Counted from the first letter of the stretch, positions 1-9,905 are shown. The stretch is DNA of 64,000 bases from Chloroflexota bacterium (GCA_013152435.1 JAADGJ010000010.1:13911-77910), one strand, 5' to 3'. The notes: generated by a model from the letters alone, not told the origin. Translations and numbers: made by a program.

Positions 1-586
1 ACCTGCCGGTGGTGGGGTTGATCTGGCCGGACGTGACCTTCGGTGGGATCTGGATGCTGACGTCCGTCACAGTGACCGGGAATGTGGGCACGAAGGGAAC
101 GGTAGCCGATACCAGCACCCGTCCGACGATGTGGGCGCCTTCCTCCGTGGAAGGCACATGGAAGGTGAAGTCGATCCCCGTCTTGGTGCTGGGTCGGGGG
201 CCGAAGACCACCGGGCGAGAGATCGAAGGGGCTTCGGCCTCAGGTGGGATGGTGGTGTCCGTCTTTTCGGCCCGGATGTTCCATGTGGCGACGCCGACTG
301 GCAACTCCAGCGTGTATGCGCCCTCCGCGTCGGTCGTCGTGCTCACCTCAGCGCCCGTGGCCGGTCGCCTCGCGACGATGCGGGCGTTTTGCACCGGCCG
401 GGGCGGATCCTCGTCGGTCCGCGCGTGCCCCGTAACCACGTTGTTGTCCTGGGGAGTGTCCACGGTAGCCGATGTTGGGGAGTCCTCTCCTTGTGCCGGC
501 ATGGCCCAGACCAGGGTGGCGGAACCGATCAGTAGCAGCGTCACTGCTGCGAGCACGGTAACGAGCAAAGGTGTTCTTCGAGTCAT
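1..586 (-). CDS. Secreted protein with carboxypeptidase-regulatory-like (prealbumin/Ig-type) domains; runs off the window edge
   Basis: Read by hand: MTRRTPLLVTVLAAVTLLLIGSATLVWA signal peptide, then RPVQNARIVAR...STTTDAEGAYTLEL; GGAGG RBS at 596-600 on the minus strand; no stop before position 1. Confidence 0.75.
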   Translation of the reverse strand, partial: MTRRTPLLVTVLAAVTLLLIGSATLVWAMPAQGEDSPTSATVDTPQDNNVVTGHARTDEDPPRPVQNARIVARRPATGAEVSTTTDAEGAYTLELPVGVATWNIRAEKTDTTIPPEAEAPSISRPVVFGPRPSTKTGIDFTFHVPSTEEGAHIVGRVLVSATVPFVPTFPVTVTDVSIQIPPKVTSGQINPTTGR

Positions 587-706
587 GTTGCAAAACCTCC
601 TTCCTTTCAGTCCCGTGATCCCCAGCGGGGACGGGCGTTCTCAGAGCGAATGTGAGCTTTGTCCGTTGGATAGGCTACCGTGCCTGTTCTGGGGCCATTG
701 CCGGCC

Positions 707-761
707 TAGAGCGTGTCTGAAAATTTAGCAGAAGCAACGGCATTTCTCAGACACACTCTTA
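707..761. repeat. Miniature inverted-repeat element (IS-end-like remnant)
   Basis: TAGAGCGTGTCTGAAAA ... TTTCTCAGACACACTCTTA terminal inverted repeats around a ~20 bp core; the same end recurs at 9832-9850. Confidence 0.55.
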
Positions 762-836
762 GAGGCTTACCCGTTATATTGTGGTCGACGTGAGACGTGT
801 GCCCTACATCTTGTATCTTCGTTGCTATCGCCTTAC

Positions 837-1493
837 TCAGCCGTTGCGTCGCACCACGCCGCTACGCCAGGCGTAGACCGCGGCCTGTGTGCGATCGGCC
901 AGGTGCAGCTTGCTCAGGATATTGCTGACGTGGGTCTTCACCGTCTTCTCACTGATGACCAGTCGTTCGGCGATGGACGCGTTGTCCAGGCCGTCGGCGA
1001 TCAGGCGCAGGACCTCCAGCTCTCGCTCGCTCAGATCGGTGAAGGGATTGAGCTCCTGCCGTCGTGAGCCGTGCAGCTCCTGGACGACTCGGGCGGCCAC
1101 GCTGGGGTGCAGGATGGCCTCGCCGCGGGCCGCTCGCCGCACTGCCTCGGCCAGCTCGTCGGCCTGCACCTCCTTGAGCAGGTAGGAGAGCGCGCCGGCT
1201 TTGATGGCCGGAAAGATGTGCTCATCCTCGTGATATGAGGTCAGGATGACGACTTGCGTGTGGGGGCTGGCCCGGCAGATCCGCCGTGTGGCCTCGACGC
1301 CGTCCATGCCCGGCATGAGCAGATCCATCAGCACGACATCTGGGACCAGCTCCGTGGCCAGTTGGACGGCCTCCTCGCCTGTGCCCGCTTCTCCGATCAC
1401 CTGGATGTCCGGCTGCGCGTCCAGGAAGGCTCGCACGCCCTCCCGTACGATGGCGTGATCGTCGGCCAGTAGGACGGTAATGGGTTCGTTCAT
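837..1493 (-). CDS. NarL/LuxR-family response regulator (LiaR/VraR-like)
   Basis: True start MNEPITVLLADDH; DVVLMD phosphoacceptor; C-terminal LSERELEVLRLIADG...TVKTHVSNILSKL HTH; ATGA overlap with the kinase stop. Confidence 0.95.
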   Translation of the reverse strand: MNEPITVLLADDHAIVREGVRAFLDAQPDIQVIGEAGTGEEAVQLATELVPDVVLMDLLMPGMDGVEATRRICRASPHTQVVILTSYHEDEHIFPAIKAGALSYLLKEVQADELAEAVRRAARGEAILHPSVAARVVQELHGSRRQELNPFTDLSERELEVLRLIADGLDNASIAERLVISEKTVKTHVSNILSKLHLADRTQAAVYAWRSGVVRRNG

Positions 1494-2965
1494 GTGCTTG
1501 CCTCCACGGGTAAACTGGCGCGAATGGTGGTGCCCTCGCCGGGGCGGCTGAGGACTTGGAAGTCGCCGGCCAGAGCGACCACCCGTTCTCTCATGCTGAT
1601 CAAGCCCAGCCCCTTGCCCATGGCTGTCTCCACGTCGAAGCCACAGCCATGGTCGGTGATCTCCAGGGTCACGTGGTGTCGATTGTAGTTCAGATCCACT
1701 TCCAGATGGTCGCTGCCGCTGTGGCGGGCTACGTTGGCCAGGGCCTCCTGGGCCACCCGATAGAGGGCCTGCTCCGTCTCCAGCGGCACTTTGCGCTCGC
1801 CGCTCACCCGCAGCTTGGCCGTGATCCCGGTGCGCTCGCTCCAGGCGCTCAGGTGTTGGTGCAATGCGGTGGCCAGGCCCTTGCCGACCAATGCGACCGG
1901 CCGTAGCTGCCTTAGCAGGGCGTTGAGCTCCTGCTGGGCCTGTTGCGCCAGGTCCTCGGCCTGACGCAGGTGCTTGGCGACGCTTGGTGGGTCTTGACCC
2001 AGAAGCGCCCTCGCCGCTGCGATCTGCATGGCTGTGGCGAAGACTTGTTGCTTGACGCTGTCGTGGAGCTCTCGGGCCAGGCGGTTTCGCTCCTCCAGCG
2101 AGGCCAGATGCTCTCGCACCTCCAGCACGCCCTGGAGCTGTTCCGCCATCCGGTTGAGCTGCCGGGCCAATCGCCCGATCTCGTCGTCGGGCTCGGCGCG
2201 CGCCTGCACCGAGAAATCGCCACGGCCCCAGGCGGCCGTGACCTCGGCCAGTTGGTCCAGTCGCCGCGTGAGCCAGTAGGCGGTGAGGAACCCGAAGACC
2301 GTGGCGGCGAAGACCCGGCCGACCGCCAGGAAGGCGCCCACGCCCCCCTCCAGCTTCATGATCGACGACCACAGCCGTCCCCCGGGCGCCGTGGCGACGA
2401 CCCGCAGGTAGAGGGCGCCCCGGATCGTTCCGCTGGGGTCCCGTATCGGCTCGGTCGCCACCACCTCGCCGTGGTCCAGCCGGATGGCCTGTCCGTTGCC
2501 TGTCAGCGCCTGTTGCAGGAGCGTTGTGCTGACCTCGGCTGCGGCGGGGTCGTAAAAGGGATCGGGCCAGCCGGTCCGCAGAGAGGCGGGCACGTTGCTG
2601 GCCACGAGCCGCCCCTTCTCGTCCACGATGGCGATCAGATCGAACCTTTGCGGCAGGTGATCGGGCGGATCAGGATCGCTGAGCGCCAGGATGGGTAGGC
2701 CCGGGATGCCACTGCCGTTCTCCTGGAGCGGCACGACAGAGGAGAGCCAGCGATCCAGAAGGGCGGTATCCGGGCCGGATGCCAGCAGGGCCCCGGCCGG
2801 GATGCTCAGTTGGCGGGCGATCCGGGCCATCAGTTGGGGGAGCCTGGGCCCCCGTGTGCTGATCCACCATGAGCCGAGCAACAGGCCGATCTGGATGAGC
2901 AACACGCTGATGAGCATGAGCAGAGCATAGTAGATGGTCAGGCGCCAACGTAGCCCTTGTCGCAT
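1490..2965 (-). CDS. Membrane sensor histidine kinase, HAMP + HisKA_3 + HATPase (LiaS-like)
   Basis: Two TM segments, HAMP (DEIGRLARQLNRMA), EERNRLARELHDSVKQ H-box, QEALANVARH, DHGCGF, GLGLISM; start MRQGLRW with AGGAG RBS. Confidence 0.93.
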   Translation of the reverse strand: MRQGLRWRLTIYYALLMLISVLLIQIGLLLGSWWISTRGPRLPQLMARIARQLSIPAGALLASGPDTALLDRWLSSVVPLQENGSGIPGLPILALSDPDPPDHLPQRFDLIAIVDEKGRLVASNVPASLRTGWPDPFYDPAAAEVSTTLLQQALTGNGQAIRLDHGEVVATEPIRDPSGTIRGALYLRVVATAPGGRLWSSIMKLEGGVGAFLAVGRVFAATVFGFLTAYWLTRRLDQLAEVTAAWGRGDFSVQARAEPDDEIGRLARQLNRMAEQLQGVLEVREHLASLEERNRLARELHDSVKQQVFATAMQIAAARALLGQDPPSVAKHLRQAEDLAQQAQQELNALLRQLRPVALVGKGLATALHQHLSAWSERTGITAKLRVSGERKVPLETEQALYRVAQEALANVARHSGSDHLEVDLNYNRHHVTLEITDHGCGFDVETAMGKGLGLISMRERVVALAGDFQVLSRPGEGTTIRASLPVEAST

Positions 2966-3092
2966 GGTCCGGCTCCTGGCATGAGAGGACTGGAGTAACG
3001 ATGTTGCCTTGACACGCGATCGCACCTCTTCTCGTGTTGATTGCCCAGAGAATTTTGCTACCTCAGGGGAGCGTGTCTAGCCTTTCACGACT

Positions 3093-3159
3093 AATGTAAC
3101 ACAATCAAAAGAAATCGCCATCAGTCCCTGGCCCTATTTCGGTTCCGACTTCAGGCGGA
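3093..3159 (-). promoter_or_regulatory. Putative promoter of the two-component operon with a LiaR/CesR-like inverted-repeat operator
   Basis: TGT-TACATT extended -10 at 3093-3101 on the minus strand; near-palindrome TCCGACT-TC-AGGCGGA at 3144-3159; weaker copy TCAGTCCCTGGCCCTA at 3121-3136. Confidence 0.5.
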
Positions 3160-3194
3160 TACGCGAGGCATCCCGAATCGTGGTGGCTTTTGCG

Positions 3195-3224
3195 TTGACA
3201 GGCGATGATCCTCTTTGCTATAAT
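3195..3224 (+). promoter_or_regulatory. Consensus sigma70 promoter of the GH20 gene
   Basis: TTGACA (3195-3200), 18-nt spacer ending TGC, TATAAT (3219-3224). Confidence 0.85.
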
Positions 3225-3298
3225 GCGGCCCGCATCGGTGACGGAGATGTCGATGTTGATTCCGTTCGTTTTCTCAAGAGATTCCGTTTAGGAGGTCG

Positions 3299-5185
3299 AT
3301 GATGTCCCGTAATTTGGTGCTATTGCCTTCCCCTCAGCGCTTGCAGGAGCTGCCGGGCAGCCATCATCTGCAGCCCGATCGTTTCATTTGGCTGGCGGGA
3401 GATGTGTCCGATGCCCTGTGGCGTGTGGGGCAGATCGTCCAGGATGCGCTTTCGGCGATAGGGCGGCGGTGGGAGTTGACGGCGGCGCGGGGAGATGATC
3501 TCAGCCGGCTGGGGGCCACCGTGCATGTGGATCCCGCTCAGGTGCCGCAGCGGGAGGGATATCATCTGACCGTTGGGGCCGATCAGATCCGGATCGTGGC
3601 GCACGATCTGGCGGGGGCCTTCTATGCGGCTATGACGCTGCGGCAGATCGCCCGCCAGATCGCTGGATCTGGGGAGCTGCCCTGCCTGCGTATCGAGGAT
3701 TGGCCGGATTTCCCGAATCGGGGCGTCATGCTGGACATCAGCCGGGATAGGGTCCCGACCATGGAGACGTTGTACGCCCTGGTGGATATGCTGGCCGAGT
3801 GGAAGGTCAACCAATTCCAGCTCTACATGGAGCACACCTTTGCCTATCGCAACCATCGGGAGGTGTGGGAGAACGCTTCTCCCATGACCGGCGAGGAGAT
3901 CCTGGCGCTGGACGCCTATTGCCGTGAGCGCTTCATAGAGCTCGTGCCCAACCAGAACTCCTTCGGTCATATGCACCATTGGCTGAAACATGATCGATAT
4001 CGGCCGCTGGCGGAGTGTCCGGACGGCTGGAAGTCCCCCTGGGGGGAGTGGAACGACGAACCGTTTAGCCTTTGCCCGCTGGATCCCGGTTCCATCGAGT
4101 TGATCTCTGAGCTATACGACGAGCTGTTGCCGCATTTCTCCAGCCGACAGTTCAATGTGGGCTGCGATGAGACCTTCGATCTGGGGCAGGGGCGGAGCAA
4201 GGAGGCCTGTGAGGAGCGGGGCGTCGGCCGTGTCTACCTGGAGTTCCTGCTCAAGATCCATAGCCTGGTGCAGCGGAAGGGGCGGACGATGCAGTTCTGG
4301 GGGGATATCATCCTGCATCATCCCGAGCTTATCCCTGAGCTGCCGGGCGATATCGTCGCCCTGGAGTGGGGGTATGGGGCCACCCATCCCTTCGCCGAGA
4401 ACGGCGAGAAATTCGCCCGGGCGGGCGTCCCGTACTATGTCTGTCCTGGTACGTCCAGCTGGAACTCCATCGCTGGACGTACGGAGAACGCGATCGGCAA
4501 CTTGCGAAACGCGGCGGAGAATGGGCTGGCCCATGGAGCCATCGGCTACCTGAACACCGACTGGGGGGACAACGGTCACTGGCAACATCTGCCCATCTCC
4601 TTCCTGGGCTACGCATACGGGGCGGCCGTCAGCTGGGCCGCCCAGGCCAATCGGGATATCGATCTGCCACGGGCCCTGGATCTGCATGCGTTCCGGGATG
4701 CCGCGGGCGTGATGGGGAAGTTGGCCTATGATCTGGGGAACGCATACAAGGTGCCCGGCGTGACGCCGTTCAACTCTTCTGCGATGGCCCTGCTCTTGCT
4801 GAGCCCGAGTCGTCCCTTCTATGAGGGGAGGCTGGCGGAGCTGACCGTCGAGGGGTTGGAGCGGGCGCAGGAGTACGTGGACCAGGTGATCTCCCGGCTG
4901 CCGGAGGCTCGCATGGGGCGCCCCGACGCCGATCTCATCGTCGACGAGTTCCGCAATGCGGCGGCGTTGCTGCGCCATGCCTGTCGGCTGGGGATCGCCC
5001 GGCTTCAGACAGAGGGCGGGGAGATCGCTCAGATCCCGGCGGAGACGCGGGCGTCGCTGGCGGAGGAGTTGGAGGCGATCATCGCCGAATACAAGCGGCT
5101 GTGGCTGGCACGCAACCGGATCGGTGGGCTGGCGGACAGCGTGGGCCGCATGGAGCGGTTGTTGGAGATGTATCGCGGCGGGTGA
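3299..5185 (+). CDS. Family 20 glycoside hydrolase (beta-N-acetylhexosaminidase)
   Basis: IEDWPDFPNRGVMLDISR, NSFGHM, FNVGCDET catalytic DE pair, WGD; AGGAGG RBS; no signal peptide. Confidence 0.92.
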   Translation: MMSRNLVLLPSPQRLQELPGSHHLQPDRFIWLAGDVSDALWRVGQIVQDALSAIGRRWELTAARGDDLSRLGATVHVDPAQVPQREGYHLTVGADQIRIVAHDLAGAFYAAMTLRQIARQIAGSGELPCLRIEDWPDFPNRGVMLDISRDRVPTMETLYALVDMLAEWKVNQFQLYMEHTFAYRNHREVWENASPMTGEEILALDAYCRERFIELVPNQNSFGHMHHWLKHDRYRPLAECPDGWKSPWGEWNDEPFSLCPLDPGSIELISELYDELLPHFSSRQFNVGCDETFDLGQGRSKEACEERGVGRVYLEFLLKIHSLVQRKGRTMQFWGDIILHHPELIPELPGDIVALEWGYGATHPFAENGEKFARAGVPYYVCPGTSSWNSIAGRTENAIGNLRNAAENGLAHGAIGYLNTDWGDNGHWQHLPISFLGYAYGAAVSWAAQANRDIDLPRALDLHAFRDAAGVMGKLAYDLGNAYKVPGVTPFNSSAMALLLLSPSRPFYEGRLAELTVEGLERAQEYVDQVISRLPEARMGRPDADLIVDEFRNAAALLRHACRLGIARLQTEGGEIAQIPAETRASLAEELEAIIAEYKRLWLARNRIGGLADSVGRMERLLEMYRGG

Positions 5186-5578
5186 GAAGAGATCCGCCTG
5201 CCGGGCCGGAAGTCGAATCGAGGGGGCCTGCTCTCTCCCGAGCAGGCTCTCTTTGTTGCGGGGGGATTGACGGGATATTCGTGTAGTCAGTGAGTTATTC
5301 ACAAAGGCCTGGCGAAGTAGGGGGGGCTTAGGGGAGGTATGGAGGGGACCTCTTCTGAAGGATCCAGACCGAGGCCAGGCTGGTCGCAGGCGCATGAGCC
5401 GCCCCTGCCCGGGGGCCATTTCTTGCTGATGAAACGCTATATATGGTGGATCATCCTCGTTGAATATCCATATATGCCGTTTTCATCGATGTCGTGATGC
5501 CTATTCGTGTAGTGAGCACGCTATCCCCCGGAGACGACGAGAGGGAAAAACAGGAAACCCACACCCCCCACAGCCGGC

Positions 5579-6358
5579 TCAACCTCGCCAGCGAATGAAC
5601 AGGCTTCCCGCCAACAGCATGAGGAGGAGGGCCGTGACCAGGCAATCAAGCCAGTTGAAGCGCAGCCGGCGGAATTGCGTCCGTTGTATCCCCGGCGCCC
5701 CCAGTCCCCTGGCCTCCAGGCTCCAGGCCAGGCTCTGGCTGGTACGGAGGGCGCTGATGATGACGGCCACCAGGATGGGCTGGTGCGCTCGGAGGCGACG
5801 CCAGAGAGACCCGGTGTCCAGGTCCAGGCCGCGCGCTCGTTGTGCGTCAACGACCTGACGATAAAGCTCGGCGATGGTGGGGAGGTACCGCAGCGCCAGG
5901 GATAGCGTGAGGCTCCAGGTGTACGGGAGGCCCAGCGCGGCCATCCCTCGCACCATGGTGGCCTGGTCAGTGGTGAACAACCACAGGAACATGACGAAGG
6001 CCAGCGCGTCCAGGCGGAGGGCGACCGTGATCCCCTGCAGCAGCGCCCCCCAGGTCAATCGAAGGGGGCCGAGCGCCATGAGGGCCGGCCCCGGCCCGGG
6101 CTGGAAGATCCACCACAACGCCGGGATCAACAAGGTGAGCGGCAACATGAGTCGCCAGACGCTCCGCACACGCCGCATGGGCACCCCGGCGCTCAGGATC
6201 AAAGCGTGTGCCAGAACCAGGGCGGCGATGGCTGTGAGTAGGTGGGTGAACAGGAAGAGCAAGATGATGGCCTCGGCCACCAGCAGGAGCTTGACCCGGG
6301 GATCCAGCCGATGAAGAAAACTATCCCCCGATATGTACAGATCGTAGTCACCGCTCAT
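5579..6358 (-). CDS. ecfT: ECF transporter transmembrane T component
   Basis: SFLHRLDPRVK, LALRYLP, AQRARG and LEARG X-R-X motifs. Confidence 0.92.
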   Translation of the reverse strand: MSGDYDLYISGDSFLHRLDPRVKLLLVAEAIILLFLFTHLLTAIAALVLAHALILSAGVPMRRVRSVWRLMLPLTLLIPALWWIFQPGPGPALMALGPLRLTWGALLQGITVALRLDALAFVMFLWLFTTDQATMVRGMAALGLPYTWSLTLSLALRYLPTIAELYRQVVDAQRARGLDLDTGSLWRRLRAHQPILVAVIISALRTSQSLAWSLEARGLGAPGIQRTQFRRLRFNWLDCLVTALLLMLLAGSLFIRWRG

Positions 6359-8084
6359 GGTGAGGCCCTCCCGCCCACGCTCGAAGGAATTCGTCCACGG
6401 TGAGCACGGGCGATACCTCAGGCGGGGCGTTCAGCGCATAGGCCAGCCGGGTGACGGGGGGCGAGTATAAGCTGGCCGCCTCCAGTACATCCGGCCGGGA
6501 GAACAGCTCCCTGGGGGTGCCGTCGAAGATCATCTGCCCGTCCACCAGGACGATGCTGCGTTGAGCCCGCTCCGCCACGATGGTCATCTCGTGGGTGATC
6601 AGCACAACGGTGGTCCCCCGGTCGTTGAGTTCATCGAGAAAATCCAGCAGCTCGTTCGCTGTGGCCCAGTCCAATCCCCCCGTGGGTTCGTCCAGGATAA
6701 GCACGTCCGGGCGGGCGGCCGCAATCGCCGCGATGGCCACCTTGCGCCGCAGGCCATATCCCAGCACGGCGGGGGGGACGTCGGCCAGCGACTCCAGGTG
6801 AAAGCGCCCCAACATCTCGTCCACGGCTTTCTGGACATCCTGAGCGGGCCATCCCATATTCTGCGGGCCGAAGGCGATCTCCTCCCGTACGGTGGAGGCG
6901 AAGATCTGATGATCGGGATTCTGGAAGGCATATCCGACGATGTGGGCAAGCCTGGGAACGGGGGTAACCTGGGTGTCGTGTCCCCGCACCTGCACGCGTC
7001 CCTCCGTAGGGCGGAGCAGTCCCATGATCAGGCGAGCCAGCGTGGACTTTCCCGCCCCGTTGGGCCCGACCAGGGCAATGTACTCGCCAGCGTGAAAGCG
7101 CAGGGAGACGTCCACTAATGCCCTCACGCCGTTGGGATACGCAAAGCTCAACCGCTCGATGGTCACGATGGGGCGAGGGGACGGCGCGGCAGGGGAGCTG
7201 GACGAAGGATGGGAACCCCGTGAGCGCCACCGTGCGGGGGAGAGGATTCGGGCCGCCTCCGGCACGGTGAGCGGCAGGCGATGTGCATTGGGAGAGGCCG
7301 GGCGGAGAGCGCTCACCAGTCGGGCGATCTGAGGGGCGCCTACGCCCCATTCGCATAGCGTGCGAACCCCATGCGAAGGCCACTCGTTCACGTCCCACGA
7401 GGTTATCTGCCCCTCCCGAAGCACGGCCAGCCGGCTGGCCCCCCGGGCGATCCATTCGATATCCTGAGTGGCCATGATCGTCGTGGTGTGCAGGGTATGA
7501 CGGAGGCGGTCGAGGGTTTGGAAGACCTCCGCTTTCCCTCGGGGGTCCAGGTGGGCGGTAGGCTCGTCCAGCACCAACATGGCGGGGCGGGGGGCCAGGG
7601 CGGCTGCGATCGCAATGCGCTGCATCTGTCCCCCGGAGAGCTGCCGTGGGGATCGACGGCGAAATCCCTCCATGCCGACCAGCGAGAGTGCCCAATCGAT
7701 GCGGCGGTCGATCTCGTCCGAAGGAACGCCCAGGTTCTCCAGTCCGAAGGCGATCTCGTCCTCCACGGTGAGCTGGAACAGCTGGCTCTCCGGATCCTGG
7801 AAGACCATGCCCACATCACGGGCAAAGGAGGCGGGGGGAAAGCGCCGCGTGTCCCTTCCCCTGACCAGGACGCGACCTCGGATGACCCCGCCGGTCGCCT
7901 GAGGGACCAGCCCGTTGAAGGACAGGCACAGCGTGGTTTTGCCGGCGCCCGTGCGTCCCAGGAGGGCGATGAATTCCCCCTGGCCCGCGCGCAAACTGAC
8001 CCCCCGGAGCACGCGCTCCGGGGGGTCCTCGTCCCGCAACGGGGGATACGCAAAGTGTAGATCCTCAACGGTCAGGATGTCCAG
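6348..8084 (-). CDS. ecfA: ECF transporter ATPase with two ABC domains (A-A' fusion); probable CTG start at 8084
   Basis: Walker A GRTGAGKT and GPNGAGKS, FQDPESQ/FQNPDHQ, LSGGQ, two LDEPT; frame extends 15 codons upstream of the called TTG (xDILTVEDLHFAYPP) to a CTG behind GGAGGAG. Confidence 0.9.
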   Translation of the reverse strand: MDILTVEDLHFAYPPLRDEDPPERVLRGVSLRAGQGEFIALLGRTGAGKTTLCLSFNGLVPQATGGVIRGRVLVRGRDTRRFPPASFARDVGMVFQDPESQLFQLTVEDEIAFGLENLGVPSDEIDRRIDWALSLVGMEGFRRRSPRQLSGGQMQRIAIAAALAPRPAMLVLDEPTAHLDPRGKAEVFQTLDRLRHTLHTTTIMATQDIEWIARGASRLAVLREGQITSWDVNEWPSHGVRTLCEWGVGAPQIARLVSALRPASPNAHRLPLTVPEAARILSPARWRSRGSHPSSSSPAAPSPRPIVTIERLSFAYPNGVRALVDVSLRFHAGEYIALVGPNGAGKSTLARLIMGLLRPTEGRVQVRGHDTQVTPVPRLAHIVGYAFQNPDHQIFASTVREEIAFGPQNMGWPAQDVQKAVDEMLGRFHLESLADVPPAVLGYGLRRKVAIAAIAAARPDVLILDEPTGGLDWATANELLDFLDELNDRGTTVVLITHEMTIVAERAQRSIVLVDGQMIFDGTPRELFSRPDVLEAASLYSPPVTRLAYALNAPPEVSPVLTVDEFLRAWAGGPHHER

Positions 8085-8087
8085 CGA

Positions 8088-8621
8088 TCACTCCTCCCGC
8101 CAGGCTTGCCGGCTCAGCATGTGGATAAGCGGCGGGTAGGCCCTTCGCACGGCCAGCACCAAAGGGATGCCCACCACGGCCCCAACCAGGTTCTGGAAGG
8201 CATTGAACGGCAGCTCCCACAGGGCGGGCCCCCATCCGGTCAGCACCAGACCTTCGCCCAGTAGATACAGTCCGCACATGACCACCGCACCCGCCAGCCA
8301 GGCCACCACCATCCCCGTGAATTGACGATCTCGCCCCAGCCATCCGGCCACGAACCCCTCCAGCCCGTGGGCGAAGAAGGTCAACAGGGCGAATTGGGCG
8401 TACCCGCCTATCAGATCGGCCAGCGCCGTTCCCACGCCTCCGGCAATGAGCCCAACCCAAGGGCCGAAGGCGAAGGCGGTGAAGTAGATGGCCACATCGG
8501 ACAGGTTGACGTAGCCATTGGTGGCGGGGACGGGGACGCGCACGGCCAGGGTGAACACGGTCGTCACCGCGGTCATGACGGCAATCACCGCAATCGCCAG
8601 CGGGTTCAGCTGCCGTCCCAT
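8088..8621 (-). CDS. ECF transporter substrate-binding S component
   Basis: Hydrophobic 177 aa; GYVNLSD, AFGPWVGLIAGGVGTALADL, HGLEG typical of S components. Confidence 0.88.
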   Translation of the reverse strand: MGRQLNPLAIAVIAVMTAVTTVFTLAVRVPVPATNGYVNLSDVAIYFTAFAFGPWVGLIAGGVGTALADLIGGYAQFALLTFFAHGLEGFVAGWLGRDRQFTGMVVAWLAGAVVMCGLYLLGEGLVLTGWGPALWELPFNAFQNLVGAVVGIPLVLAVRRAYPPLIHMLSRQAWREE

Positions 8622-8814
8622 GCTCCACCTCCTCGGGTCGGATTTTCTCTATTCTATCCCATACCAAGTGATGCGCAAGTGCCAAACGCCGCCAAATGGA
8701 GTGATCCAATTCGCCCTACTCATAGGGCCGGAGGCCTGATCTTGCGTGTTTTTGACGCGAGCGAGGGGGATCATCTATACTGCGGCCACCAATCCGAGCA
8801 GCCGGGAGGTGGTC

Positions 8815-9834
8815 ATGCAGGAGTCAACTACGTTGCCCGCGGGAAAGCTGCCGGCAGATCTGCTGGAGAGGCTGCTGCGCCGGTACGGAGGCCGAGACCC
8901 CCGGCTCGTGGTCGGGCCCCGGGCGGGCGAGGATGCGGCCGTCATCGACTTCGGCGATCGCTATTTGCTGGCAAAGACGGACCCGATCACCTTTGCAACG
9001 GATGAGATCGGCTGGTATGCCGTGAACGTCAACGCGAACGATATCGCCGCCATGGGGGGGCGACCGAAGTGGTTTCTGGCGACGATGCTGTTGCCAGAGG
9101 GACAGGCGACCCCGCAGATGGCGGATACCCTCTTTGGACAGATCCATGCCGCGTGCGCGGAGTTGGGCGTCACGCTGGCGGGCGGACACACGGAGATCAC
9201 GTATGGGCTGGATCGCCCCATCATCGCGGGCGTGATGCTGGGGGAGGTGGATCCGGAGCGGATGGTGACGACGGCCGGAGCCCGGCCAGGCGACGCGATC
9301 GTGCTGGTGAAGGGGGTCCCCATTGAAGGCGCTTCCCTGATCGCCCGCGAGAAACGCCAGGTGCTGCGGGATCGCGGCTATGAGGACGCCTGGCTGGATC
9401 GCGTCGCTGGGTTCCTGTACGACCCTGGGATCAGCGTGGTGGCCCCGGCGCTGCGGGCCCGCGAGGTCGCCGACGTGCACGCGATGCATGATCCCACCGA
9501 GGGAGGGCTGATCACCGGGCTTTGGGAGATCGCCCGGGCGGCTGATGTGGGCCTGGAGGTGTCCAGGGATGCGATCCCGATCCTGCCGGAGGGGCAGCGG
9601 CTCTGCGAGGAGTTTGGCCTGGATCCGCTGGGCACCATCGCCTCCGGCAGCCTGTTGGTGGTCCTCCCGGCGGATGAGGTCTCCGCCCTCCAGGCCGTCC
9701 TGGAACGAGAGGGGTTTCCCGTTGCTGTGATCGGCCGCGTGCTGGCCAAGAGGGAAGGGGTCTGGCTAAGGGACAGCGACGCGCGCCTCCCCTTGCCCCG
9801 GTTCGCCGTTGATGAGATCACCAAGCTGTTCTAA
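8815..9834 (+). CDS. AIR synthase (PurM/HypE/ThiL superfamily) related protein
   Basis: GKLP, GEDAAV, DPIT, NANDIAAMG, GGHTE, MHDPTEGG; start MQESTT behind GGAGGT. Confidence 0.85.
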   Translation: MQESTTLPAGKLPADLLERLLRRYGGRDPRLVVGPRAGEDAAVIDFGDRYLLAKTDPITFATDEIGWYAVNVNANDIAAMGGRPKWFLATMLLPEGQATPQMADTLFGQIHAACAELGVTLAGGHTEITYGLDRPIIAGVMLGEVDPERMVTTAGARPGDAIVLVKGVPIEGASLIAREKRQVLRDRGYEDAWLDRVAGFLYDPGISVVAPALRAREVADVHAMHDPTEGGLITGLWEIARAADVGLEVSRDAIPILPEGQRLCEEFGLDPLGTIASGSLLVVLPADEVSALQAVLEREGFPVAVIGRVLAKREGVWLRDSDARLPLPRFAVDEITKLF

Positions 9835-9870
9835 GAATGTGTCTGAGAAACACACCACGAAGTATATCGA

Positions 9871-9895
9871 GTAGGGGCGACGCATGCGTCGCCCC
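9871..9895. repeat. REP-type palindrome with GTAG foot
   Basis: GTAGGGGCGACGCATGCGTCGCCCC perfect hairpin. Confidence 0.75.
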
Positions 9896-9905
9896 ATTGG
9901 TATCA

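Noticed and set aside
1494..2372. 292-aa N-terminal extension of the response-regulator ORF
   Set aside because: It overlaps the kinase in another frame; the real start is 1493 with a GGAGG RBS
8085..8090. Selenocysteine recoding of the in-frame TGA between the S component and the ATPase
   Set aside because: No Cys-equivalent context or evident SECIS; a good SD before CTG is the simpler explanation
8622..8814. Riboswitch upstream of the ECF operon
   Set aside because: No TPP, FMN, cobalamin or preQ1 consensus visible in the short divergent spacer
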